Below are positions 1 to 8,696 of a stretch of DNA of 44,107 nt, one piece after another (positions within the stretch are counted from its first letter, which is position 1; every line of letters begins with the position of its first letter). The stretch comes from Candidatus Aenigmatarchaeota archaeon (lineage in GTDB: Archaea; Aenigmatarchaeota; Aenigmatarchaeia; CG10238-14). The stretch is taken from contig WJKS01000097.1 of NCBI GenBank assembly GCA_014728985.1, positions 1-44,107 of the forward strand, written 5' to 3'. The position numbers and the translations under genes were made by a program. Below the pieces are notes generated by a model. It was not told the DNA's origin, did not search any database, and worked only from the letters and a program-made list of their open reading frames with translations.

Positions 1-81
1 ACTTTCAGAAGTACTGGTACTGAGCTTAATTTTTTAACTATTCTAAATACTTATAAAATTCTATAAACACTAATTCTACTC

Positions 82-1857
82 ATGACTAGAATAGCTACCG
101 TAAACCGTGACTTATGTAAAAGAGATAAATGCGGCTATCTCTGTAAAAAGGTTTGTCCTATTAATAGAAAGGGCGAAGAATGTGTAGTTATTGATGAGAA
201 AACAGGATTCCCAATCATTGATGAGGGATTATGTATAGGTTGTGGTTTATGTGTTAGTAAATGTGATAAGGCAGGTTATAAGGCCTTGCATGTTGTCAAT
301 CTCCCGGAAAAACTTGAAGAAACTCCTATTCACAGGTTTGGTAAGAACCAGTTCGTTCTTTACCGCCTTCCATTCCCTAACCCAGATAGAATAGTAGGAC
401 TTGTTGGTTCAAACGGGTTAGGTAAAACTACAGCCTTGGAAATCCTCTCAGGACAGATGAAACCAAATCTAGGCCAGGAAAAGGAAGCAAATTTGTCAGA
501 GATAGTAAGAATGTTCAGGGGTACAGAACTCCAGAATTACCTCGAACGACTCGAGTCCGGTGAAATGAATGTTTCCTACAAGCTCCAAAGAGTTGATAAA
601 ATACCGTTCGCCTTTAAAGGAAGGGTTTCAAAACTCCTTGACAATACAGACGAGAGAGGTATCCTAAACGATCTCATCCAGAAATTTGGCATTGAAAGGA
701 TAATTGATAAAGAAATTGACAAGATATCCGGAGGAGAGCTCCAAAGAGTAGCAATAACAGCCGCTTTAGCAAAAGATGCAGATATCTATTATTTCGACGA
801 ACCCACTAGTTTCCTTGATGTTTTCCAGAGATTAGAGATATCCAAGAGTATCCGTGAATTCTGTAAAGGAAAGTCAGTAATAGTAGTTGATCACGATCTG
901 GCCACACTTGATTTCCTCGCAGATAACATCCATATATTCTATGGTGTACCTGGTGTTTATGGTATAGTTTCAAGCCCATATTCTGTTAGAGTGGGTATCA
1001 ATGCCTTTTTGGATGGTTATATCAAGGAAGATAACGTAAGAATAAGAACAGAACCAATAACTTTTGAGTCAACTTTCATCGAACAGGAGTCAGGAATAGA
1101 GCAGATGATATCTTTCAAGGACGTCGAGAAAAAATTGGGTAATTTCCAGCTCAAGGTAAATCAAGGCAATATCTACAAAAGAGAGGTTGTAGGAATATTA
1201 GGTGCTAACGCCCTTGGTAAAACAACTTTTGCAAGAATCCTATCAGGGGAAATAAAACAAAACAAAGGAAAAATAGATGGTAAGGTCAAGATATCCTACA
1301 AGCCACAATACCCCAAAACAGACTTTGATGGAACTGTAAGACAACTTCTCAAATCGGTAACAAGTAAATTAGGGACCGGTGATTATAAGTCCAGGATTCT
1401 TAGACCTCTTGGAATAGATAAACTACTTGAAAAGAACGTGAATAAGCTTTCAGGAGGAGAGTTGCAAAGAACTGCTGTTACTGTCGCTTTGAGTAAAAAT
1501 TCAGATATTTACCTTTTGGATGAACCTTCTGCATTCATGGATGTAGAGCAAAGGCTTAATCTCGCAAAGATGGTGAGGAATTTGGTTGAGAGACAGGAAA
1601 CATCTGCTTTAATAATAGACCATGATCTCCTCTTCCTAAGTCAGATATCCGATAGAGCAATGGTCTTCTTGGGGAAAAGTGGTGTTGAAGGTCACGTAGA
1701 AAGACCAGAAGCAGTCGAAAGCGCATTCAACAAGTTCCTAAGGGAAGTAGGTGTCACCTTCAGAAGAGATAAGACAACTGGTCGCCCAAGAGCAAATAAA
1801 TTAGATTCCCAGCTGGATCAGGAGCAGAAGGCTAATGGCAATTACTTCATGAGTTAA
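82..1857 (+). CDS. abce1: ABCE1 / RNase L inhibitor-type ribosome recycling ATPase
   Basis: N-terminal Cys-rich 2x[4Fe-4S] ferredoxin region (CKRDKCGYLCKKVCP, CIGCGLCVSKC) followed by two ABC cassettes. Each cassette has a Walker A (GSNGLGKTT, GANALGKTT) and an LSGGELQR signature. This architecture is diagnostic for archaeal/eukaryotic ABCE1. Confidence 0.95.
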   Translation: MTRIATVNRDLCKRDKCGYLCKKVCPINRKGEECVVIDEKTGFPIIDEGLCIGCGLCVSKCDKAGYKALHVVNLPEKLEETPIHRFGKNQFVLYRLPFPNPDRIVGLVGSNGLGKTTALEILSGQMKPNLGQEKEANLSEIVRMFRGTELQNYLERLESGEMNVSYKLQRVDKIPFAFKGRVSKLLDNTDERGILNDLIQKFGIERIIDKEIDKISGGELQRVAITAALAKDADIYYFDEPTSFLDVFQRLEISKSIREFCKGKSVIVVDHDLATLDFLADNIHIFYGVPGVYGIVSSPYSVRVGINAFLDGYIKEDNVRIRTEPITFESTFIEQESGIEQMISFKDVEKKLGNFQLKVNQGNIYKREVVGILGANALGKTTFARILSGEIKQNKGKIDGKVKISYKPQYPKTDFDGTVRQLLKSVTSKLGTGDYKSRILRPLGIDKLLEKNVNKLSGGELQRTAVTVALSKNSDIYLLDEPSAFMDVEQRLNLAKMVRNLVERQETSALIIDHDLLFLSQISDRAMVFLGKSGVEGHVERPEAVESAFNKFLREVGVTFRRDKTTGRPRANKLDSQLDQEQKANGNYFMS

Positions 1858-1891
1858 ATCTTTAAGTTTTCTTAACCTATTAGATTGATAC

Positions 1892-2602
1892 ATGCCAAAA
1901 ATATCCGTGGTAATTCCTGTTTATAACGAAGAAGAACAGTTGGAATGGAGTGTTAAAGAGGTTCTAAAAGTTTGTAAAAAGAATTACAAGGATTTTGAAA
2001 TTCTTATTGCAGATAATGCATCCACTGACAGAACATTGGAAATTGCCAAAAAACTGAAAAACAAATACAAACAAGTTAATTACATACATTTGGACCAAAA
2101 AGGACGAGGAAGGGCTTTGAAAAGAGCATGGACATCAACTGATGCGGATATAATGTGCTATATGGATGTTGACCTCTCAACTGACCTAAGGCATCTCGGG
2201 CAATTGACCGATGCTATAGAGAAAGGATATGATATATCATTTGGTTCAAGGCATCACGAGGAATCCAAACTGGAGCGCTCACTTAAGAGAGACGTCCTTT
2301 CCAAGGGTTATAATTTTCTTCTGAGAGCATTCCTAAATTTCCCATTCAATGACGCTCAGTGTGGTTTCAAAGCAATAAACAGTCAAATAGCAAAAGAATT
2401 AGTACCAGAAATTGAAAATAATGAATGGTTTTTTGACACAGAATTAATAGTCAAGGGACTTCATGCTGGTTACAGGTTAAAATCAATACCTGTAGAATGG
2501 ATAGAGGATAAAGGAAGTACTGTTAAAATAAAGAAAACAGTTGAGAGTTATTTGAAAAATATTTTTAGGGTGAGAAAAGAGTTGAGAGGAAATGGAATAT
2601 GA
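1892..2602 (+). CDS. Family 2 glycosyltransferase (polyprenyl-phosphate sugar synthase-like)
   Basis: ISVVIPVYNEE start, DNASTDRT, MDVDLS (DxD) and the length (236 aa) are typical of GT2 / Dpm1 / ArnC-like enzymes. Confidence 0.85.
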   Translation: MPKISVVIPVYNEEEQLEWSVKEVLKVCKKNYKDFEILIADNASTDRTLEIAKKLKNKYKQVNYIHLDQKGRGRALKRAWTSTDADIMCYMDVDLSTDLRHLGQLTDAIEKGYDISFGSRHHEESKLERSLKRDVLSKGYNFLLRAFLNFPFNDAQCGFKAINSQIAKELVPEIENNEWFFDTELIVKGLHAGYRLKSIPVEWIEDKGSTVKIKKTVESYLKNIFRVRKELRGNGI

Positions 2603-3869
2603 TACAATAATACTTGGTGGAGGATTAACTGGACTATTTGTTGGATATAAACTAAGTAAAAAAGGGAAGAAGATTATAATAATCGAGAAATCAAAAGAGT
2701 TGGGTGGTTTACTTGGGTCTCTTAAGACGAGAGGTTGTCCGATTGAAAAATATTATCATCATGTCTTTAAGACGGATAAGAATTTCTTGGAATTGGTTGA
2801 TGAGATAGGTATAGAAGGTTTTGGTTGGAACAAATCAGATCTTGGTTTTTACACTGATGGTAAAATACATGACATGTCAACACCTTTTCATTTAGGTACT
2901 TTCAGCCCCCTGAATTTATTGGAAAAAATACAGTTTGTTCTGCTAGCGTTAAAAATGAAAACCTCAAAAGATTTTGAGAAACTGGATAAGATAACTGCCA
3001 AAGAATGGATAATCGGAAATTCAAGTAAGGGTCTTTATAATAAATTTTTCCGGCCTCTTTTGGAGAGTAAATACGGGGACAATTCCAAAAAGGCGTCCGC
3101 AGCATGGTTTATCGAGAGAATCAACATGAGAACTAGCGGTGGATTAGGGAAAGAAAACTTGGGTTACATAGAATGTGGATTCCAGCAATTAATTGATAGA
3201 TTAGAAGAGGAGATACTTAGAAACGGTGGAGAAATCCTAAAATCAAAGTCCGCAAGTAAGTTGTTAATAAAGAACAAAGCAATACAGGGCGTAAGTTTGG
3301 GAAGAAAGAAGATAAAGTCTAAGTATGTGGTAAGTACCATCCCTTTACCAGAGCTTGCTAAGTTCAAGGAACTACCAGAAAAATACAGGAAAAGGATAAC
3401 ATCGCTCAAATATCAGGGTGCAATGTGCCTGTTACTCGGATTGAAGAAAAGCTTATCTGACTTTTATTGGACAAATATCATTGATGATTCTCTTATAGGT
3501 GCGATAATAGAACACACAAATCTTCAACCCATTGAGAATTACAAGGATAAAGTTGTCTATCTGGCGAGTTATCCTAACTATAGTTCGGATTTGTGGAAAA
3601 TGTCAGATAAGGAAGTCTTTGAGGAATATTTCACTGATTTGAGGAAAATATTTCCAGAAATCAAGAAAAAGGATGTTAATTGGTGGAAATTAGCTAAAGA
3701 CACAAATGCAGGAATACTTTATGAAACAGGGTATCAGAAAAAAAGAGTAGGTAACAAAACTCCAGTTAAGAATCTTGTAATCGGTGGTATGTTCAATCAC
3801 TATCCTGATAGGTCAGTAGAAGGTGCCTTGGTAGTAGGTAATAAAATCTTAGAATTAATTGAAAATTGA
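2592..3869 (+). CDS. FAD/NAD(P)-binding oxidoreductase (amine oxidase / phytoene desaturase superfamily)
   Basis: N-terminal Rossmann dinucleotide motif IILGGGLTGLFVGYKL...IIIEK. The size (~425 aa) and C-terminal GG...GA motif region fit the family. The start overlaps the preceding GT2 stop by 11 nt, which suggests an operon. Confidence 0.75.
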   Translation: MEYDTIILGGGLTGLFVGYKLSKKGKKIIIIEKSKELGGLLGSLKTRGCPIEKYYHHVFKTDKNFLELVDEIGIEGFGWNKSDLGFYTDGKIHDMSTPFHLGTFSPLNLLEKIQFVLLALKMKTSKDFEKLDKITAKEWIIGNSSKGLYNKFFRPLLESKYGDNSKKASAAWFIERINMRTSGGLGKENLGYIECGFQQLIDRLEEEILRNGGEILKSKSASKLLIKNKAIQGVSLGRKKIKSKYVVSTIPLPELAKFKELPEKYRKRITSLKYQGAMCLLLGLKKSLSDFYWTNIIDDSLIGAIIEHTNLQPIENYKDKVVYLASYPNYSSDLWKMSDKEVFEEYFTDLRKIFPEIKKKDVNWWKLAKDTNAGILYETGYQKKRVGNKTPVKNLVIGGMFNHYPDRSVEGALVVGNKILELIEN

Positions 3870-3872
3870 TTT

Positions 3873-4556
3873 TTACCAGGATTTAACTCTATACTCCAAT
3901 AAACTCATTAAAGATATTAGTCCCTTCCTGAATGTGGCCTTCGATTGTTTATCTTCTCTAGAAGAATGGCCAACGGGTACCTGCATACCTTTATAACCCT
4001 TCTTCAAGGCCTTATGGACTAATTCAAGATCTATCACCCATTGCTTTGTCTCAATTTTTATGTCCTTCAGGATACCTGCTTTGAATACCTTGGGTTTACC
4101 ATTAATATCAGGAAAAGGTATTTGGAACAACAAATGGCAAAGAGAATTCCATAACCTGGAAACTATTAACCTGATCAGAATATCCTTCCTATCCTTTCTC
4201 CACCCAATAACTATATCATATCCCTTATCCACCCAGTCGATAAGTTTGGGTATATCTTCAGGTCTGTTCTGCAAATCAGCGTCTATGAAAGTTATGTATT
4301 CGCCTTTACAGGAATTGAATCCGGTTCTTAATGCGTCTGCATACCCTTTATTCACGTCCTTTACAATTAATCTTAACCTTTTGTATTTTTTCATTAATTT
4401 CTTAACTATATCTTTGGTTTTGTCCTTGGACCCGTCGTCCACGATAACAAGCTCAAAATTCAGCCCTTTAAGAGAATTAATTGTCAGTTCAATCACTTTT
4501 TTAATATTCATTTCTTCATTATAAGCGGGTATAACGACTGATAAGTTTGGTTTCAT
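3873..4556 (-). CDS. Family 2 glycosyltransferase
   Basis: LSVVIPAYNEE, VDDGSKDKT and IDADLQ (DxD) motifs. The start overlaps the upstream gene's stop (TAATG). Confidence 0.85.
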   Translation of the reverse strand: MKPNLSVVIPAYNEEMNIKKVIELTINSLKGLNFELVIVDDGSKDKTKDIVKKLMKKYKRLRLIVKDVNKGYADALRTGFNSCKGEYITFIDADLQNRPEDIPKLIDWVDKGYDIVIGWRKDRKDILIRLIVSRLWNSLCHLLFQIPFPDINGKPKVFKAGILKDIKIETKQWVIDLELVHKALKKGYKGMQVPVGHSSREDKQSKATFRKGLISLMSLLEYRVKSW

Positions 4557-6526
4557 TAGACTAAATCCTCCTTAACATATACTGCTAATTCTACTGTTGG
4601 TCTTAATGTGTATTTAGATAATATATACCCTTTATTCCCTTCTAATGTTTGACCTGAATCCTCAGAGACTATTATTACATCTGAATCCCAGTTTTCAAGA
4701 CCAAAGCCTTTTTCCAAGCCCCGGTTAATTATTTTATCTGAAATATCTTCCCCTTCTTGGTTATTAAGAGTGAAATCGTCATACCAGATAGTTCCTTTAG
4801 CAAATGCCCAGTTTGCAAGTATGGGTTCAATCCATATATATTGGGATTTATCCTCTACACAAAAATCAGTTTCTAGGTATTCCCAATCCCGAGTTCCTAA
4901 TATTTCATCAGACCTACCGATAATGGTACTTGGAAAATCATTCAAGTCTGCTCTTATTAATATCCTTGCAAATTCACCTGTTTCATTTAATTTTTCAAGG
5001 TTTTCTGTTTTTACCCAGGAACCAAGTATATAACATCCGTCATTCAGATATATTTTACTTTGCCAATTAGAATTAGAGCCATTAACTGATGAAATCTTGA
5101 TACTTCTATTACCACTATGAGAAACCTCAGAGTCCCATACTAGTTTCGCATCGCCGCCCCAATTGTACCTATCCCAATTTTCAGGGTTTTCAACCTTCTG
5201 TAAAAGATATCTCACTTGTCTGAAGTCCCTAAGATACCATGAAAGTGGATATTCGGTTTGTGGAACTGAAACTATCACACTAAGATCTCTGCCATGTTTG
5301 TCCCCCAGGTCATTCATTAAATTTACTAAATCCTTCAGGTCATTGGTGCTTTGTACAAAAGCTAAGAGATTTTCAGGTTCATTCTCATACTTGTTAAAAT
5401 TTAGATCTATTGAAATTCCAAGGTTTATCAGTATTAAAATCCCTAAAATAATGTGGAACAATATTCTGAATTTATTTGATAAATTTTTTGATATATATCC
5501 GAACAAAGTACCTGCAGATAAACATAAAGGTAAAACAACATGAGTAACATTATTAGGTAGTTTGTAAGGCATCCAAAGGTATATTGCGACCGAAAGTATT
5601 GTCCAAATCGAGATGAAGCGATTAAATTGGGTATTTTCTTTTATTACTAATAATATTCCCAATAACCCACCAATAAGAGCAACGAATTCATAATTAAGGA
5701 GTATTCTTAGATAGAATGTATATGGTCTGTAAAAACCGCCCTTTTCAACTCCTCTGTCAACCCAATGTAACATTGGTGATATTGCAGATTCCAATATATC
5801 TTCTGGATACTTAAAAAAGGCAGAATAAAATATTGAGAAAATGAAGATGAAAATTACAAATGAGATACCCAACATTTTCCAATTCTTACATACCCAATCA
5901 ATGATAGGTTTTAAACCGTCCCTTATTTTTTTATCTAAGTTACCCTTCTTTGATAGAATAGAATAAATCAGTTCTATACCCAAAAATAGCCCAAATATCC
6001 CGAGAAAAATGTAAGCATTCTCTTTGGTTGTGAAAAGTAGGGCAAAACTAGCTATGAACAGGAAAAAATGTAGTTTATTTTTAGTTTTTTGATAGAGAAA
6101 GAATGTGCAAAAGGTTGCCAGATTGAAAAAGACATGATAAGAGTCATGTAATCCGAATCTTGAATAGTAGACAAGCGATGGTGAAATTACAATGAGAATG
6201 GTTGCTATCAAAAAACCTTTATTTTTGAAACAGTTTCTTATCAAATAGAGTAGTAAAACAGTTAAGGAACCGAATAAAGCTGGCATTAGCCTTAAAGTGA
6301 AGTCACTTAATCCGAACAACTTAAAACTTAAAGCTCCAGCATAGAAAAGAAATGGTCCGTGAAAATCTGGATTATAGTGATACTCGCCCTTTTCATAAAA
6401 CTTCTTTATACCATCAGCATATCCTCCACCCTCGTCAAAATGGACCGGACGCCTTTCTAAGTCATAGAATCTTAAACCGACTCCCAGTAGGAAGATTACC
6501 AAAAGTATTACCAATTCTTTTTTCAT
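4556..6526 (-). CDS. TIGR03663-like polytopic membrane protein (PMT/ArnT-like GT-C N-terminus) with an extra C-terminal beta-rich carbohydrate-binding-like domain
   Basis: The N-terminus LRFYDLERRPVHFDEG...FHGP carries the DE and HGP residues I recall as invariant for the TIGR03663 family. There are about 10 TM segments. The C-terminal ~200 aa are soluble, Trp/Asn/Ser-rich (GNRSIKISSVNGSNSNWQSKIYL...WYDDFTL) and resemble a CBM. Confidence 0.7.
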   Translation of the reverse strand: MKKELVILLVIFLLGVGLRFYDLERRPVHFDEGGGYADGIKKFYEKGEYHYNPDFHGPFLFYAGALSFKLFGLSDFTLRLMPALFGSLTVLLLYLIRNCFKNKGFLIATILIVISPSLVYYSRFGLHDSYHVFFNLATFCTFFLYQKTKNKLHFFLFIASFALLFTTKENAYIFLGIFGLFLGIELIYSILSKKGNLDKKIRDGLKPIIDWVCKNWKMLGISFVIFIFIFSIFYSAFFKYPEDILESAISPMLHWVDRGVEKGGFYRPYTFYLRILLNYEFVALIGGLLGILLVIKENTQFNRFISIWTILSVAIYLWMPYKLPNNVTHVVLPLCLSAGTLFGYISKNLSNKFRILFHIILGILILINLGISIDLNFNKYENEPENLLAFVQSTNDLKDLVNLMNDLGDKHGRDLSVIVSVPQTEYPLSWYLRDFRQVRYLLQKVENPENWDRYNWGGDAKLVWDSEVSHSGNRSIKISSVNGSNSNWQSKIYLNDGCYILGSWVKTENLEKLNETGEFARILIRADLNDFPSTIIGRSDEILGTRDWEYLETDFCVEDKSQYIWIEPILANWAFAKGTIWYDDFTLNNQEGEDISDKIINRGLEKGFGLENWDSDVIIVSEDSGQTLEGNKGYILSKYTLRPTVELAVYVKEDLV

Positions 6527-6527
6527 T

Positions 6528-8696
6528 TCAATCTACCTTGTATATCTTTGCTTCAGTAGTATTGTAAACTAAATCAAATAAATCATTGAACTGATTTAAG
6601 TTTTCTTCTGAATATTTATCTTTTTCAAGTTTACCCACATAAATGTAAGAAATATTGTATTTTTCTATCAATTCCATGCTCTGGTTATTGTAGATTTTAT
6701 CAATATCAACAGCTCTTTTTGATATTTTATCAAGGGATTTTGGTCTCCATTGCTGTTCGTGGCCTTCCCAACCAACTAATGTAGGCAAACCCGTGTTAAA
6801 CGAAACACATGAAGTCCATTGAAATGATTGCCCTTTCGATTCCAGAATCACCGGAGTGTCTTCTATATTTTCATTTATCCATTTAATTGCATCGTAATCG
6901 CAGAAATCCACATTTTTTAGATAATCTCTACCGTCTAGGGTCTTACTTTTACCGAAAAAATTATAACCATTTTTGGTTTTACTGTAGGTGGCAAATACTG
7001 GATAAATTAAGGAAAATAATAACAAAAGAATGAATGTCCCGGTCCAAATTATGTTAGAAATTGTGCCTCTTTTGAGAAAATTATTTTTTATGTAATAGAA
7101 GAAATATGACGATGAGATGGACATTAGTACCCATATCTGCATACCTACTTTGAAAACAGTATTCACCCTTTCAAGGTCACCAGTAAAAGAATCGTCAACA
7201 AACAGGAATTCGATCACAATTAAGAGTCCAATACTTATGAAAAATAATGTTATTGCGAATATATTTTCGCGGTTAATTTTTTTTAGGCCAATTTTTTTCC
7301 ATAGTAGTATTCCAAAGATCACCAAAATCAGGAATAAAGATACTAATGGAATATTCAAAAGTCCGAAAGTTATAATCAGAAGAGCTGCTATACTAATCGG
7401 AATAGAAATATTAAATTTTTGGGTTTTAATTTCTAGAATTTTGTTTTTCTTAGAATAAAAATATAGGTAAGTCAATGATACAAATAAAAAAAGCCCGTAG
7501 ATTATAAGATAATGCTTTGTCAATGTTTTCTGTGAGGTAAATCCTATAGCTCTTGTGGATTTCACGCTTAGATGGTAAGGTAAAAATAAAATAAGACTTA
7601 GGATAACTACAACTGATGAAAGGATCAGGGTATTTTTGATAAGGCTCAAATTAACTTTTTTTGAATTTTGTAGACATTGCTGAATTAAGATCACAACTAA
7701 AGTTAAGCCAAGGTAAGTTGGATAATCCCAGGTATTGATAAATGCCAGAGAACCAATCAAAAGAGATAAAATGATAATTTCAGGTAAATCACTCTTAAGT
7801 AAATCCTTTGATTTCTTTTTTGATTTGATCAGATTAAGTACAAGTCCTATACAAATCAATGTGAATGGAATTGCCATCATGTGTGGATGCATGTCTGCAT
7901 GGAGAAAACTGAAATAAGGAAATTCATTGATTGTTCCGGGAATTATGTAATGCGCACTTGACCAATAGTTAAAGGGAATGAATCTCCCAGTTTCCACTAC
8001 CTGAAATAAACCCCTAAAGTTACCAATAAAACTAACTAAAATGGATCCAAGTAAGGCAGATCCCTTCTTTTTGGTCAGATTGTAAATGATTGAAAAAGAG
8101 TTTATTAAAGTCAAAGAAAAGAATAAAGGTATAGCCAGATTATAGGTTATCCCAGAACTTATTCCCGAGATTTTTGTCAAATTTGAGACCATCATATGTC
8201 CAAAGTAATAATATTGCATTTTTTCTCCAGTAAACCAACAATCATTTAAAGGAAAGGCCTTTGTCCTTAATATACAATTCAAAAGCATGAAGTCTTGAGG
8301 TTTTTCTGCATCAACTATACTGTTATCAAAATAGCGTACAATTGTGAAGGATAGAAATGATGAGATAAATAATAGCTCAACTAAAAGTAGGTATTTGATA
8401 TTATTTCGGACGAAGTCCATTATTTCCTTTTTACTTTTGATAAATGACCATATTGAGACCGAGGCTATCAGTAGAATCGATAAAATTATACTTAAGGCAG
8501 AGTATTCTGAGATTCCTAGATTGACAATAATCCACGTAAAATAAGTAGATAGTAATATTCCGATAGACTTCGAAAATACCAGTCCCTTATCCTTAAGATT
8601 TTTGAATATCCTAAACAAAATAGGAGTCATTAGAAAACATAGAAATTCAATAATGAGCAACCAAATTAGAACCGGGATTATTTGGAACATGATCAT
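6528..8696 (-). CDS. DUF2298 / Chlor_Arch_YYY family giant membrane protein (paralog 1)
   Basis: Highly hydrophobic 722-aa protein with the YYYxG-type motif (MQYYYFGHM) and a soluble C-terminal domain (PVILESKGQSFQW...LPTLVGWEGHEQQWR). It is tightly coupled to both neighbours. Confidence 0.75.
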   Translation of the reverse strand: MIMFQIIPVLIWLLIIEFLCFLMTPILFRIFKNLKDKGLVFSKSIGILLSTYFTWIIVNLGISEYSALSIILSILLIASVSIWSFIKSKKEIMDFVRNNIKYLLLVELLFISSFLSFTIVRYFDNSIVDAEKPQDFMLLNCILRTKAFPLNDCWFTGEKMQYYYFGHMMVSNLTKISGISSGITYNLAIPLFFSLTLINSFSIIYNLTKKKGSALLGSILVSFIGNFRGLFQVVETGRFIPFNYWSSAHYIIPGTINEFPYFSFLHADMHPHMMAIPFTLICIGLVLNLIKSKKKSKDLLKSDLPEIIILSLLIGSLAFINTWDYPTYLGLTLVVILIQQCLQNSKKVNLSLIKNTLILSSVVVILSLILFLPYHLSVKSTRAIGFTSQKTLTKHYLIIYGLFLFVSLTYLYFYSKKNKILEIKTQKFNISIPISIAALLIITFGLLNIPLVSLFLILVIFGILLWKKIGLKKINRENIFAITLFFISIGLLIVIEFLFVDDSFTGDLERVNTVFKVGMQIWVLMSISSSYFFYYIKNNFLKRGTISNIIWTGTFILLLLFSLIYPVFATYSKTKNGYNFFGKSKTLDGRDYLKNVDFCDYDAIKWINENIEDTPVILESKGQSFQWTSCVSFNTGLPTLVGWEGHEQQWRPKSLDKISKRAVDIDKIYNNQSMELIEKYNISYIYVGKLEKDKYSEENLNQFNDLFDLVYNTTEAKIYKVD

